From positions 4,154,001 to 4,218,000 of the forward strand of contig NC_087469.1 in NCBI RefSeq assembly GCF_036321535.1: a stretch of 64,000 bases of DNA. Direction: 5' to 3'. This stretch comes from Camelus dromedarius (Eukaryota). Shown here piece by piece: positions 1 to 10,518 of this stretch. A model generated the notes under the pieces. That model was not told the DNA's origin. It worked only from the letters and a program-made list of their open reading frames with translations, and did not search any database. Position numbers and translations under genes: made by a program. The stretch's first letter is position 1; the number at the start of each line of letters is the position of its first letter.

Positions 1-203
1 ATCAACTATACTTCAATTTTAAAAATACGATATTTTAAAATAAATACATAATAAATCTTTAAAACTCATTAAAAAAAAAAATCCTTCTTCCAAAAAAGTC
101 CCCTCTGAACTATCAATCTATTTTGTCCTTTTCACAAAACTGTTCCAGACACTCAACCGTCTCTTGATCAATTGTGACTGCTTCCAGGTTGGCCTGTCCT
201 TAC

Positions 204-338
204 CTTATTAGTTTGTAAAATTCTTGCATGAAATGCAGCTGGCCAGGCATGAAGCAACAGGTAAGCATAGGAGCGAATGGCATAGGCTGGGGAATATTCC
301 CAAGTCTGAAATCCCTTCCCATAGATGAGGTAGTGTGT
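204..338 (-). CDS. ALG9: ALG9 alpha-1,2-mannosyltransferase, coding exon 3 (135 bp); gene continues beyond the left edge
   Basis: cag|ACA CAC TAC ... AAT AAG|gtaagg; encodes THYLIYGKGFQTWEYSPAYAIRSYAYLLLHAWPAAFHARILQTNK, in phase with exon 2. Confidence 0.96.
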
Positions 339-763
339 CTGAAAGTACAAAACGGATGGATTCAGGGTTATATTGGCCAAAAATCCTTGTTAAGAGGATG
401 CAGGTGAAGTTTCTAAGCAAAAATATTAGTGAGACAAAGGTACACAAAAATGCTGAAATTCACAACAAGATTTACAACTATTGGATAAGAATCAAAATGA
501 CGCAATACTGAAAACATTAAGACATTATAAAACCTACAAGATTACTGTTTGGTCAACACTGAAAGCTTGAATTTTACCCTCCATTTTTTTTTCATACTCA
601 TTAGCCAAAACACTAAATCTTAGATTTTCCTTAAACTACCTACATTAAGCATTATTTATTTTTTTATGCTCAGAAAAAAATTAGAAAATTTCACCCCTGA
701 ATTTTCTATAATAGGAAGTTCAACAGACTTATAAATTTCTAAGTCAAGAAATATCAGTATGCA

Positions 764-893
764 GGGAGGGTTTAGGTCAGTGGTAGAGTGCATGCTTAGC
801 ACGCACAAGGTCCTGGGTTCAATCCCCAGTACCTCTATTAATAAATAAATAAATATAAATAAATCTAATTGCCTTCCCCCCCCAAAATTTTGC
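764..893 (+). mobile_element. tRNA-derived SINE of camelid Vic-1 type in ALG9 intron 2
   Basis: A-box-like tagGTCAGTGGTAGAG, B-box GGGTTCAATCCC, (AAAT)n tail then C/A-rich end; family name from recalled consensus. Confidence 0.75.
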
Positions 894-1307
894 AGTATAA
901 GCACAGTACTTAGTAACATTGTTTATCTCAATAAACATCAGAACAAAAAAAAACTTCAAAAGTTTAAATAAAGTGGTTGCGCTGGGGCCAGGGATTTGGA
1001 CATGAGAAATGGAACAGGGAGCTACTGCTCTTCCTTTACTACTTAATATTTTAAAACTACCTCAATGTATTATTTCTATTTTTAAAAATTTTGAAGAAAA
1101 TTACAAATTACACCTTTTTGTAAAACAGCCAGATTCCTATACCCCTCAATAGTAGGTAAATCATCAGCTTAGAATGTGAAAGTGAAAATAGTTATTTTAC
1201 TAGTAGTCACACTTGTATATTATTTGTATCTTGATTAATAATAAAGTCCCAAGCAGTGAAATCAAGAACAAAACAAGAAAAAAAGAAATATTAAAGAAAT
1301 AACCCAC

Positions 1308-1446
1308 TGGTTCCCAGTAGTTGAATGTTTCATCACAGTCAGAGACGTTGCTCAGGAGAGCAGCACATAACCTCGCTGACAGCAAACACTTGAAAGCAGT
1401 AGAACCTTCAGGTGCCCAGACTTGTCCTGCTTTGTTCCCAGATAAC
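1308..1446 (-). CDS. ALG9: ALG9 coding exon 2 (139 bp)
   Basis: ttcttctgagcag|G TTA TCT GGG ... GAA CCA|gtgggt; LSGNKAGQVWAPEGSTAFKCLLSARLCAALLSNVSDCDETFNYWEP with the conserved CDETFNYWEP motif. Confidence 0.96.
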
Positions 1447-1879
1447 CTGCTCAGAAGAAGAAAAAACGTGTCAGGAAGGACTTGCTAATAAGGACTAAAA
1501 CTAGACAGAAATGACAACAATGGCAAGAGACATCAAAGTACTTGAATTAGTCACCTCAAAGAGTGAACTGTTAGTTGTTGCGAGTATTATAAATAAGGAA
1601 CGAATTAAGACCTTCAAAACCTTAATCACTCCTTCCTACTTTTAAGGTGTAAGCTAACTCATGCACTTTAGTTCTTTGCATCCCTGACACTCCGCTTATC
1701 CCGAGTCAACCACTCGCTCATTTGAAAGCGACAAAGCTCTCGTTTGCCTTTTCTTTCCTCTCTTAACAAGGTCGTTACTTTCCATGGCTTTATTCATTTC
1801 GCCATCTGTTCAAATACACAGGGGCCTGACATGTGCGAGGTACATCTCCTCTTCCAATTCCGTTTGTTGACAGCTCCCT

Positions 1880-2650
1880 AATGCAGTCCTAACCTGCAGC
1901 CCCCGGGCTCGGGGAGAGACGTGGCGGCTGGTGCGGGAGGTTGGGGGGCCCACACTGAAGGGTAAAGGGTCGGGACTTTGGTGGGAGATGAAGGAAGCTG
2001 TGAGGGACAGCCGAAGAGGTACATTCTTTGCTCTTGCCAACGTCTCCCACGGCGGCTCTGCCAACTCCAAAGCCACGACGCCAGCTCACTCTAGGCCTGG
2101 GCCGGAAGCCTCACAGACCCGCACTCCAGGCTTTCTTCACCAGCGACACGGGACCCGAGCCGGGGGATCGAATCTAAGGCGGGCAAAGACCGAACGCCCA
2201 CCCGCCCAGGAAGAGCAGAGCGACCAGGGTGAGAGGCTGCGGGCCCTCCAGGCAGGCGGGCCGGGAGGCTGGGCCCGGCGCAGCCCCGCACCGGGCGGGC
2301 GAGACCCTCCGGGCGCAGCCCCCCGCCGCCCGGCCACGCCCCCGCCGCGCCCGCACACCTACTCGGGCCGGGGCTCCGCGCCGCCCGCCTCCCGGCCGCA
2401 CAGCAGCTCCCGCAGCTTGTCCGCGGCCGAGGCCGGGTCCCCGCCGCTGCCCCCGCTGCCCTTCAGGCGCTGCCGGGCCCCTCGGCTCGCCATGGCGAGC
2501 CTGGGAAGCAAGGTAGAACCCGGCACCCTACGGAGGCGACGAGCGCGGAGACATAGCCTAGGCTGGCAAACGGCGTCCGCCGAGGGACAAAAGACCTCGA
2601 CATGCGCAGAAAAAAACCTAAATGATAGCGTTCCCGGGCCAATTGCAGCA
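1880..2650. promoter_or_regulatory. CpG island over ALG9 promoter, exon 1 and start of intron 1
   Basis: Visibly GC- and CpG-rich block against an AT-rich background; boundaries approximate. Confidence 0.85.
2363..2493 (-). CDS. ALG9: ALG9 coding exon 1 (131 bp)
   Basis: gccATGg Kozak context; MASRGARQRLKGSGGSGGDPASAADKLRELLCGREAGGAEPRPE; phase-2 donor GA|gtaggt joins exon 2 in frame. Confidence 0.95.
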
Positions 2651-3934
2651 AACTCCGTTTCCGTGTAGAAAAGAAATGCGATCGGAGACTTGGCTTTTAC
2701 CGTCATAGCCACCCCTTCCACACACTTGTAACTCTGGGCATCCCTCCCTCCAACTCTCTCTTCCTTCACTTCTCAGCATTCTCCACTTTCCCACCAAAAC
2801 CCTCCTTCAGCTCCCCGGTTTAAAAGACAGCACAAAGAGGAAGTTCTTTAAAGGTCACTGACACCTTGTCCTCTGTATTTTGGTGAGTGACAGGGACAGC
2901 CTGCTTCAGAGAGACAAAGCCATAATGGCAGAATACAAAATGAGAAGAAGAAACTTGTTATTGAACATCAAATTCTGCACGGCAAATTCAACCAGGCACC
3001 AGTCACTGCCATTGCTACTACAGCATTATGGTAAGCGCATTATGTATTTTATCCTTTTAAAATTTAATTCTTACAACAACCTTGTTTTATCGGGAAGGAA
3101 ACTGAGGCCCAAGGTTGAATGGCTAGGAAGTGGAGAAGCCATATTCCAACCCAGGTCTTACTACAAAGCCCATGCTTTACCAACCACGAGATCAGATAAA
3201 GCTCCTGATTTCATACAGGCATTTTTACACAGGCAACTGTATCAGATTACAAGCCTGTGACTCCCAGGGGTCGTTCATCTGTTTCTGACCTCTGCCTACT
3301 CCCCCAATCACAGAACTCTATCCCACCCTAGGGAGTTCTGTACCACTAACTAAAACAAGGTTATAGAAGGAGCACCAACCTTGACAGGGTCCTAGGTTAT
3401 GATTTCCTACTAAAAATTCCCAAGTATTGAAAATGGAGATTGATCAATTTGCTCAAGTCCCACAGGAAATTACTAGTGACCAAGTTCAGACATCCCAGCC
3501 TAGCTGTATCTCATACATCCATCTCCTTTTCATTTCAGTCTACTGCAGGCCCCTCCCTGACTCTACCCAGGACCACTACAGTTGCATCCTTACAGGGATC
3601 TCCCATCTCAAATGGATTCTGGGCAACACTGTCCAATTAATTTTCAAAAACATTACTGTGTCATCTCCTTAATCAAAAATCACCAGATTTTCCCTATTGC
3701 CTGCAAAATAATACTTCTTATTCTAGCATTCAGGCTTTCATGAACTAAGTCTGGCCTCAACCTACTTTTCTAATCTCATCTCCCACCACTTTGCTATATA
3801 CATTTTACATTTCAACTAACTAGCCTGTAAAGTACCCCAAATGCTCCCTTATCTATACCTCTGCTCATGTGTGCCCTCCTTGTCAACAATCTTCCCATCA
3901 CATCCCAGCCCTTGTTTTAAGATCCTCATCCAAG

Positions 3935-4570
3935 TGTTGCCAAACCAAACTTGGGTCTGCTCATCTGCACCCAGCAAAGCCAATCTACTGACACCAGGTT
4001 GTGGTGAAGGAAAGTACAGTGTTTATTGTAAGGAGAACAGACAGCTCTATGCTCAGAAGACCTGAACTCCCCCAAAGTCTTTCAGGGAAGCCTTTTTAAA
4101 GGCAAGGTAGAGGAAAGGGTTGAGGGATGCATGGTCAGCTCATGGACATCCTTCTGACTGGTTGGTGGTGAGGTAAATGGGTGGTATTTTGGGAGTCAGC
4201 ACTGTCTACCATCTGGTTCCAACCGATCTGGGGTCTACGTGCTGGTGGTTAGCACGCAGTAGACTTCTTCTACCTGGTGGGGGGTTTAGTATCTATAAAA
4301 CAACTCACAGATATGGCTCAGAATATTATCTATAGCCCTTGAAGGGCAACTAAAGGTCCTTGACTTTGTTCTATGGTTAAACTATTATTATTTTGTTTTG
4401 TTTGACTGTTTTCCTTTGTCTCTGCATTTTCTCACTTCTCAGATTAAATTTGCTCTTTGGAACTCAGGGAAGGCCTAGGAGGCTACAGCTTTTCCACAAA
4501 CAACAGGTGGGGGACATGGGCGGTGGGAGTCTATCCCCAGGAAGCCCCCACTGGGTCCTGCTCAGTTCCA
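3935..4570 (-). mobile_element. Solo LTR (ERV1-like) between FDXACB1 and ALG9
   Basis: TG...CA termini; AATAAA on the minus strand at 4022-4027; resembles recalled ERV1 LTR sequence; family not determined. Confidence 0.6.
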
Positions 4571-4589
4571 TATGTACCAGGCACTATTG

Positions 4590-5100
4590 GGGGTGGAAGA
4601 AGGCTTAAATCACATTACCTGCCCTCAGTGAGTTAGAGTCTATGTGGAGAGCTAAGTAATACAGGTGTCTGTAACAAATCCCTTGTTCTTCATTCCACAA
4701 ACTTACTCTTATGCCAGTTTTCCTATTCCAGTTAAAGACACTTCTATTCTCCCAGTTGCTTGGGTCAAAAACCTTGGGATTCTTCTTGATTCTTCTCTCT
4801 CTAGCTCCACACCATTCAGAATGCACATATGTTTAATTGATCAGCAAATCCTCTTAACTATTACCTACTCCAAAGACTGAACAGGTCAGCCTCTGCTATA
4901 GATTCACCAGATTATGGTCCAGGTCGCCATTATCTCTTGTTTGCATTATTATAGTAACCTCCTACTTTGTTTCTTTGCTTCCATTTTGCCTTTCCACATG
5001 CTCTTCTCCAAATGTAAGAATAAATAAGTCAGTTATTTCCTTCATAGAGTTTACAATCGGTGGAGCCTAACTCTTAATTAACACGAACATTTATTCATTC
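4590..5100. mobile_element. Degraded L2 fragments
   Basis: Similarity to L2 3' region (cccagttgcttgggtcaaaaaccttgggattcttcttgattc) and a TGAA-type tail; boundaries approximate. Confidence 0.5.
5090..5095 (-). terminator. Candidate FDXACB1 polyadenylation signal (AATAAA)
   Basis: First canonical AATAAA I found on the minus strand after the stop codon, about 780 nt downstream. Confidence 0.45.
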
Positions 5101-5875
5101 ACCTTAGAGCACCCCATTCTTCAATGTCCTGGATTAAGCCAATCTCCCAGTATCCCTTAGAGATGCTTACAACAGAAAGCCCCAAAATCTAGGGGGGCAA
5201 AGTTTAGAGTTCGTCACAGTTGAGAGATTACTGTTGAAGAAAACTAAGGAAGAAGAAGTAAGGTAATAGAAAGTGGCAGGAAAAAAATGGGCTTTAGAGT
5301 CAGACAGACCTAAGGATGAACTCTGAATCTGACACTTATTAATTCCACGACTTGAACAGCAGTCAACCATGGAGTAAACATGATGTTGATAATGATATCA
5401 GTAATAATATGGGGCACTTGCAACTTACCCAAGCTAATCAATGCTGGTCTGTCTGACTCTAAAAACCACTCTCAATTGATTTAGTGAAATGACATGATAG
5501 AGTTGAGGGAAGAGAAACTGACAATGTGGAAAATATATTTATAAATATATTTGATGAGACATTCAAGATGTACTATCTCTTCAGCATTAGAGTATCTCGT
5601 GTATAAGACGCCATTTTTGTTTTCTTCCTAGTCATTATTTGGGATCAAAATATTGCACAACTCCAAAGGTCACCAACTGCATTACAATCTATAAGTTTAA
5701 GTGATGGAGTCACAGGTATCTTTAGTCAACCAACAGCAGCTATAGTCACAAAGTAAAAGATCTTCCCAAAAAAAAAAAAAAAAAACTGTCCTGAAAGGAC
5801 CACCGGTTACAAATTGGTCTTTTTCATCCATACCCACACTCACGAGGATCACTCTGTAGAGGTGAATTTGCTAAA

Positions 5876-7055
5876 CTACCGAGGTGTCAAATGTAGCCGT
5901 CGTTGAATCTCCTTCCTAAGCTGGGACTGCATTGAGGCTACCTGCTGCTGGGTGAGGGCCTTGTCACACGTCTGGTAAGTCAATCGATAGCAGAGGCTGA
6001 CCTGTTCAGTCTTTGGATGCTGAAAACGGCTAAGGAATCGTATGGATATGACAGTGTCCTGGGACACTGCTCGGGCCACAGTGTGAAACTCTACTTCATC
6101 AAATCTTTTCTTTTCATCTATCCAAAAACTAATATCGTGTACATAGTGTGGAGGATGTAGGGAATAGCTTTTAAAGGGTTCTATTTTCCCAGGGACAAAA
6201 TTCTTCAGGAAACGGGTATCAAAGGTCCACAACATCCTCCAATCAGAGATACCCCAGACAAGCATGGCCAACAGGTCCAAGTTCACAGACACACACACAA
6301 AACACTGGTCTTTGTGTATAGCGCTTGTAGCAGATGTGGTGACAGACCCAATAGTCAGATCCTTGACACAATCTGGGCCAAAACTATGAGACTTCACATT
6401 AATCACATAATCTTTCCTATTTGGTTGAAAGACGAATTCTACTGAACTGCTCCGCTTAGAGCCCTCCAGCAACGTCTGGCTCAGAAGGCTATCTAGAATG
6501 CACTTCAGGTGGTCCAGTAGTGACCGAAGACAGCCATCCTTCAGATTTTTATTAAACCCAAGGATAAATAAAGTCTCATGAAATGCTGGCATTGTGAAGG
6601 GTGAGATGCAGCACTTCTGAAAGACAGGTCCACTAAGGATGTGCACAGAGCCTGAGAGGAAGTCTGGTGCTTGGATTACAGCCTGAACATGAACTAGAAG
6701 AGAAGGTCTAAGGCAGACCTTGGCTTGGCCGGAGATTCCATTGTGAGCTTCTTCCGTACTGTCTGTAAGGCTCTTGGGAAGGCTAAGTTCTGAAAATGAC
6801 ACTAGAAAGTCCTCCATGTCTTGTGTTGTGCCACCAGTCAGGGACTCAGCATTTGAGTTATCTTCACAGAGACTAATCCAAAAGGCAGCTGATAGGATGT
6901 CATAGTTGCAGGAAGTAAGAACACTGGTGCCTCCCTGTGGCAGCAAAGGGGAGGAACACTTGAGCCGTTTTAGAGGGAAAGCTTTCCCCAATTCACCAAT
7001 GAGTTTCTCATTTATGGTTTTGACAGGATGACATGAAGGTGCTTCTAGGAAACCC
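5876..7055 (-). CDS. FDXACB1: FDXACB1 exon 5 (1180 bp), PheRS-like region and C-terminal ferredoxin-fold anticodon-binding domain
   Basis: aaacag|G GGT TTC; open to TAG at 5876-5878; YVHDISFW and SLCYRLTYQ motifs. Exons total 172+157+204+159+1180 = 1872 nt = 623 aa plus stop. Confidence 0.95.
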
Positions 7056-7425
7056 CTGTTTAAACACACACAAAAATGAATTTCTTAACTTCAAATTATA
7101 AATATAATGTAGCTAAAATCAAAAGCACAAATAGCTGTGTAGAAAAGAATTATCCTTAAGTTGATCCATAAAGGAAACAGAGAAATCACCTACCATAAAA
7201 ACAGATATCATGTGTTTCAGGATTCTGATAGCCTACAATATTCCAGAAAACATGACAATTTTTCTTTCTAAAGAGGCTTGTGTAGGCCAGACTGACAAGT
7301 ATTCACAGCACAAGATCATTAATAATTCATGTAGCACGCATTCAGTATATAATATGGTTGCCTGATTATCAAGCCAATCAGGATACAGCTAGAGATAGAA
7401 GTGAATTCTGGTAAAATCAGGTTAC

Positions 7426-7584
7426 CTGTTCAGTTTTCCTACAAGTACTTCTGGTTCTAGAAAAGAAAACCACTGGTCACCCAGTTTGATCCTGGAGATT
7501 CTTGGTTGCAAACCTTCAAAGGGTAAGCTCCGGGTGAAGACATGGTTCAAAGCACCGTCTACATGAAAGGACTTATCTTGACTC
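7426..7584 (-). CDS. FDXACB1: FDXACB1 exon 4 (159 bp)
   Basis: ccag|G AGT CAA ... AAC AG|gtaacc; SQDKSFHVDGALNHVFTRSLPFEGLQPRISRIKLGDQWFSFLEPEVLVGKLNR. Confidence 0.94.
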
Positions 7585-7744
7585 CTGGCGAAATAGATAC
7601 CAATTATGAAATCTGTCATTATTTTTAAAAAGCAAGCATTTCTAGAGACTGACTCAGGAAATTGGCCAAATTTTTTTTTAAAAGAAACTGGCAAGGAAAA
7701 AAATTTGTCTATGAGGTTTTTTTAAATCATTTATCATTTATCAA

Positions 7745-8075
7745 AATGGAACACTACTCAGCCATAAAAAGGAATGAAATAATGTCATTTGAGCAACATG
7801 GATGGACCTAGAGATTATCATACTAAGTAAGTCAAAGACAAATATCATATTATAGCACTTATATGTGGCATTGAAAAAAATGATACAAATGAACATATTT
7901 ACAAAACAGAAAGAGATTCATAGACATAGGAAACAAACTTATAGTTACAGGGGGAAAAGAGGGGAGGGAGGGATAAATTGGGAGTTTGGGATTGGCTGAT
8001 ACAAACTACTATGCCCAGAGTAGATAACAAGGTCCTACTGTAAAAAATAATCATAATAATCATAATAATAAAGCA
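7745..8075 (+). mobile_element. L1 3'-end fragment in FDXACB1 intron 3, antisense to the gene
   Basis: ctactcagccataaaaaggaatgaaataatg...atggatggacctagagattatcatactaagt, typical of the L1 ORF2 end and 3'UTR. Confidence 0.8.
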
Positions 8076-8330
8076 TTAAGAACAAATACTTCATAAAATA
8101 AGGCTGAGTAATGAGACATAGCAGAACATGGTTACATATTAAAAAGTATATTTTTAATTAAAATCTATCTGTACATGTAGGGCAACAAATTGCAGATTCT
8201 ATAGAAAAGTGCAAATGAGCAGGACTTTTCTCAAAAATATTAAAATTGGATGCATTCCATGTGCCTCAGATTTCACGAATATTAGATTACATGAAAGATG
8301 AAAAAGGCTTATGTCTCTGTTATTATTTAC

Positions 8331-8534
8331 CTATATCCAGTGCACTTGTACCCTGACACAGCCTCACAGCTGAAGGGATGCACATCACTTAAGATGAATC
8401 CCCCCAGAGCTGCCATGGCAACCACTTGCCAACTGTTGTGCCATTCTCTCATGGGCTTATCAGCAGGAGTCCCACCTTGTCCTCTACACAGTGCCACGTG
8501 GACTTCTCCTTCCTCTGCAAGAACATCCGCACAG
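8331..8534 (-). CDS. FDXACB1: FDXACB1 exon 3 (204 bp)
   Basis: tcag|C TGT GCG ... TAT AG|gtaaat; CADVLAEEGEVHVALCRGQGGTPADKPMREWHNSWQVVAMAA...GYKCTGYR. Confidence 0.95.
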
Positions 8535-9467
8535 CTGATGGGGAGAGGGGAACACCGACCATTTATCAGAAACAAACAGAAATTACCACGGGAGTTAGCA
8601 CTATATACACGGTTTGGCTGTGAAATAATTTAAGTCCAATCATACCGATTTGCAAAGGTCTATTAGACTTTAAACATGCAAAGAAAGCAGCTGGAAGTAA
8701 AAAAGAATTTAAATTCAGTGCTCAACTCATAACTGATTACTAATGACTGACCAGAGTGTTACCCAGCTTTGTATTTGCCTTGTTCATCTATATGTCATTG
8801 AAAAGTCAATGTCTGTAAAGTTCCTACATGTGATTCAGTGACTGAGCTGTCCTTCCACATTTAGAAAGTTGTTCTTTTCACTCCCCTCCTGCCCAGTAAA
8901 ATTCTATCCATACTTCAAATACTAACTTAAAATACTGCCTCTGTGAAAAGTTCCCTGACAACTATGAGCCAAAGAGACCTCCAATAATATCACGTTTTGG
9001 TATAATAGTGTAAAGCACTTTTAAGTTCACAATTTTATGAGGTAGTTACTGCTAATATCTTCAGCTTATGGATGAGGAAGCAAAAGCAGTTAAAGATTAA
9101 GTATATGTAATCACAAAAATCACAAACTATCAAGTGGTGAGTGGGGAATTGAATCCAGTTTGTCTCCTAAAACCATGCTCTTAGCCATTAGACTATACTG
9201 GCTACCATTACTTTGTATTATCACAAATAGGAGATCCTCCCTTTGCGGGCCCAAGAGTACATTATTTGTACTTTTATTTAGCATTCAGGGTTAAATGTCT
9301 TCCTTTCCAGTTAGATTGCAGGTTCCTTTGGAGCTTTACATTCTCTCTAAATCGATCATTACAACTTACACACGTATGCCCTATTTCCCAAACTAACGTG
9401 TTTGAGGGCAGTAACCATGTAATGTACATCTTAAACATTTTGCTTGTGAATGAGCGCCCTTCCTCAC

Positions 9468-9624
9468 CTCTGGAAAAACTTGGCAAGCAGTTCCCTGTTC
9501 TTAGCTACTCCAGCTTTGCGTCCACAGTGCGGAAAGTTAAAATAAATTCGATCAAATTCTCTGTCGTGCAGTTCAAAAGCATCTGCCAGCTGGGTGCAGT
9601 CCACACCAAAACGTACCTCGGTCC
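9468..9624 (-). CDS. FDXACB1: FDXACB1 exon 2 (157 bp)
   Basis: tcag|GG ACC GAG ... CAG AG|gtgagg; contains FGVDCT and IYFNFPHCG motifs of the DUF2431/Bmt5-like methyltransferase fold. Confidence 0.95.
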
Positions 9625-9874
9625 CTGACACCAAATAGAGACAAAAGGCTGTCTTAAGATCTAGAACGTGAGAAAGCCCGTCCCCAACCTGAATCGTGCA
9701 AAACAACCCAGGTCTAGGCACACAGCGGGTTGTCTGTAGATGTCCGTGGGAAGATAAAGAGCAATCCCTACGTTCCCAGATTCCGCACGTGCCCACCCTC
9801 CCACTTAGGGCGGTGCCGGCAGCGGGGCGGGGCCTCGCGGGGGCTGGGCCCTCGCAGGGGGTGGGCCTTGCTAC

Positions 9875-10046
9875 CTCGCTCGCGCAGGCGCTGCAGGTTC
9901 TCCCGGACCAGCCGAGACCCGGCGAGGTCGGCCGGGCGCTGGAGGCAGGTGGCGGTTAACCTGGTGCTGGGATCCAGGGTCTCGCTCAGAGCGGCGGCGA
10001 AGGAGAAGTTCCCCTCCCCGACCAACAGGAGGCGCCGCGGGGCCAT
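9875..10046 (-). CDS. FDXACB1: FDXACB1 exon 1 (172 bp)
   Basis: gccATGg; MAPRRLLLVGEGNFSFAAALSETL...RERG; donor G|gtagca. Confidence 0.95.
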
Positions 10047-10479
10047 GGCCTCAGCGTGCTCCCTGCCCGCGTTCTCGGAGGCGCTCTTTTTTTACGTCAC
10101 TTCCTCCACCGATCTCTTGCCGGCCCCCTGTTCGCCGGTCGCTGATTGATGGCTCACCACAGGGCACGGTGGTTTTGACAAACCCGAGCAGCGACAGCCT
10201 AGGATGAAAATAGCCATGAGTGCAAAAGCGAGACGCCGACCACCCCTTACCCTCAGTAACTCACCCTTTCAAGAATGTTCAAATAAATGCCTTTGAGCCC
10301 GAGGGCTCGACTTCGTCACACTTGCATGAGGTCACAAGCAGTCACTAGCGCGAAGGGCCAGGCCGAGGGTGAGGCGAGTTCTAAGCGAAGGAAGCAGGGC
10401 CGGGCTAAGGCCACGGAGAGGCCGTGTCCTGCCTGTTCCTGTCACAGAGGATTTTGTAACAGCCTTCATTTCACGCGAA
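10047..10479. promoter_or_regulatory. Bidirectional CpG-island promoter shared by FDXACB1 (-) and CFAP68 (+)
   Basis: Divergent start codons 433 bp apart inside a CpG-rich block (~9690-10480); GGAAGTGACGT ETS/CRE-type motif at 10093-10105. Confidence 0.8.
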
Positions 10480-10518
10480 ATGGCTGCCACCCATTGCCTC
10501 TATTCGGAGTTTCTGCAG
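10480..10518 (+). CDS. CFAP68: CFAP68 (C11orf1) first coding exon (39 bp)
   Basis: gaaATGg; MAATHCLYSEFLQ resembles the recalled human N-terminus MAASQCLCCSKFLFQ; phase-0 donor CAG|gtgctt is weak but fits the next exon. Confidence 0.7.

Noticed and set aside
764-836. tRNA-like sequence with A and B boxes
   Set aside because: Followed by an A-rich tail, present as three related copies, no complete cloverleaf; a SINE head rather than a tRNA gene.
1931-2668. 245-aa plus-strand ORF and overlapping ORFs across the ALG9 CpG island
   Set aside because: Antisense to ALG9 exon 1, low-complexity R/P/A/G content; expected from stop-codon scarcity in GC-rich DNA.
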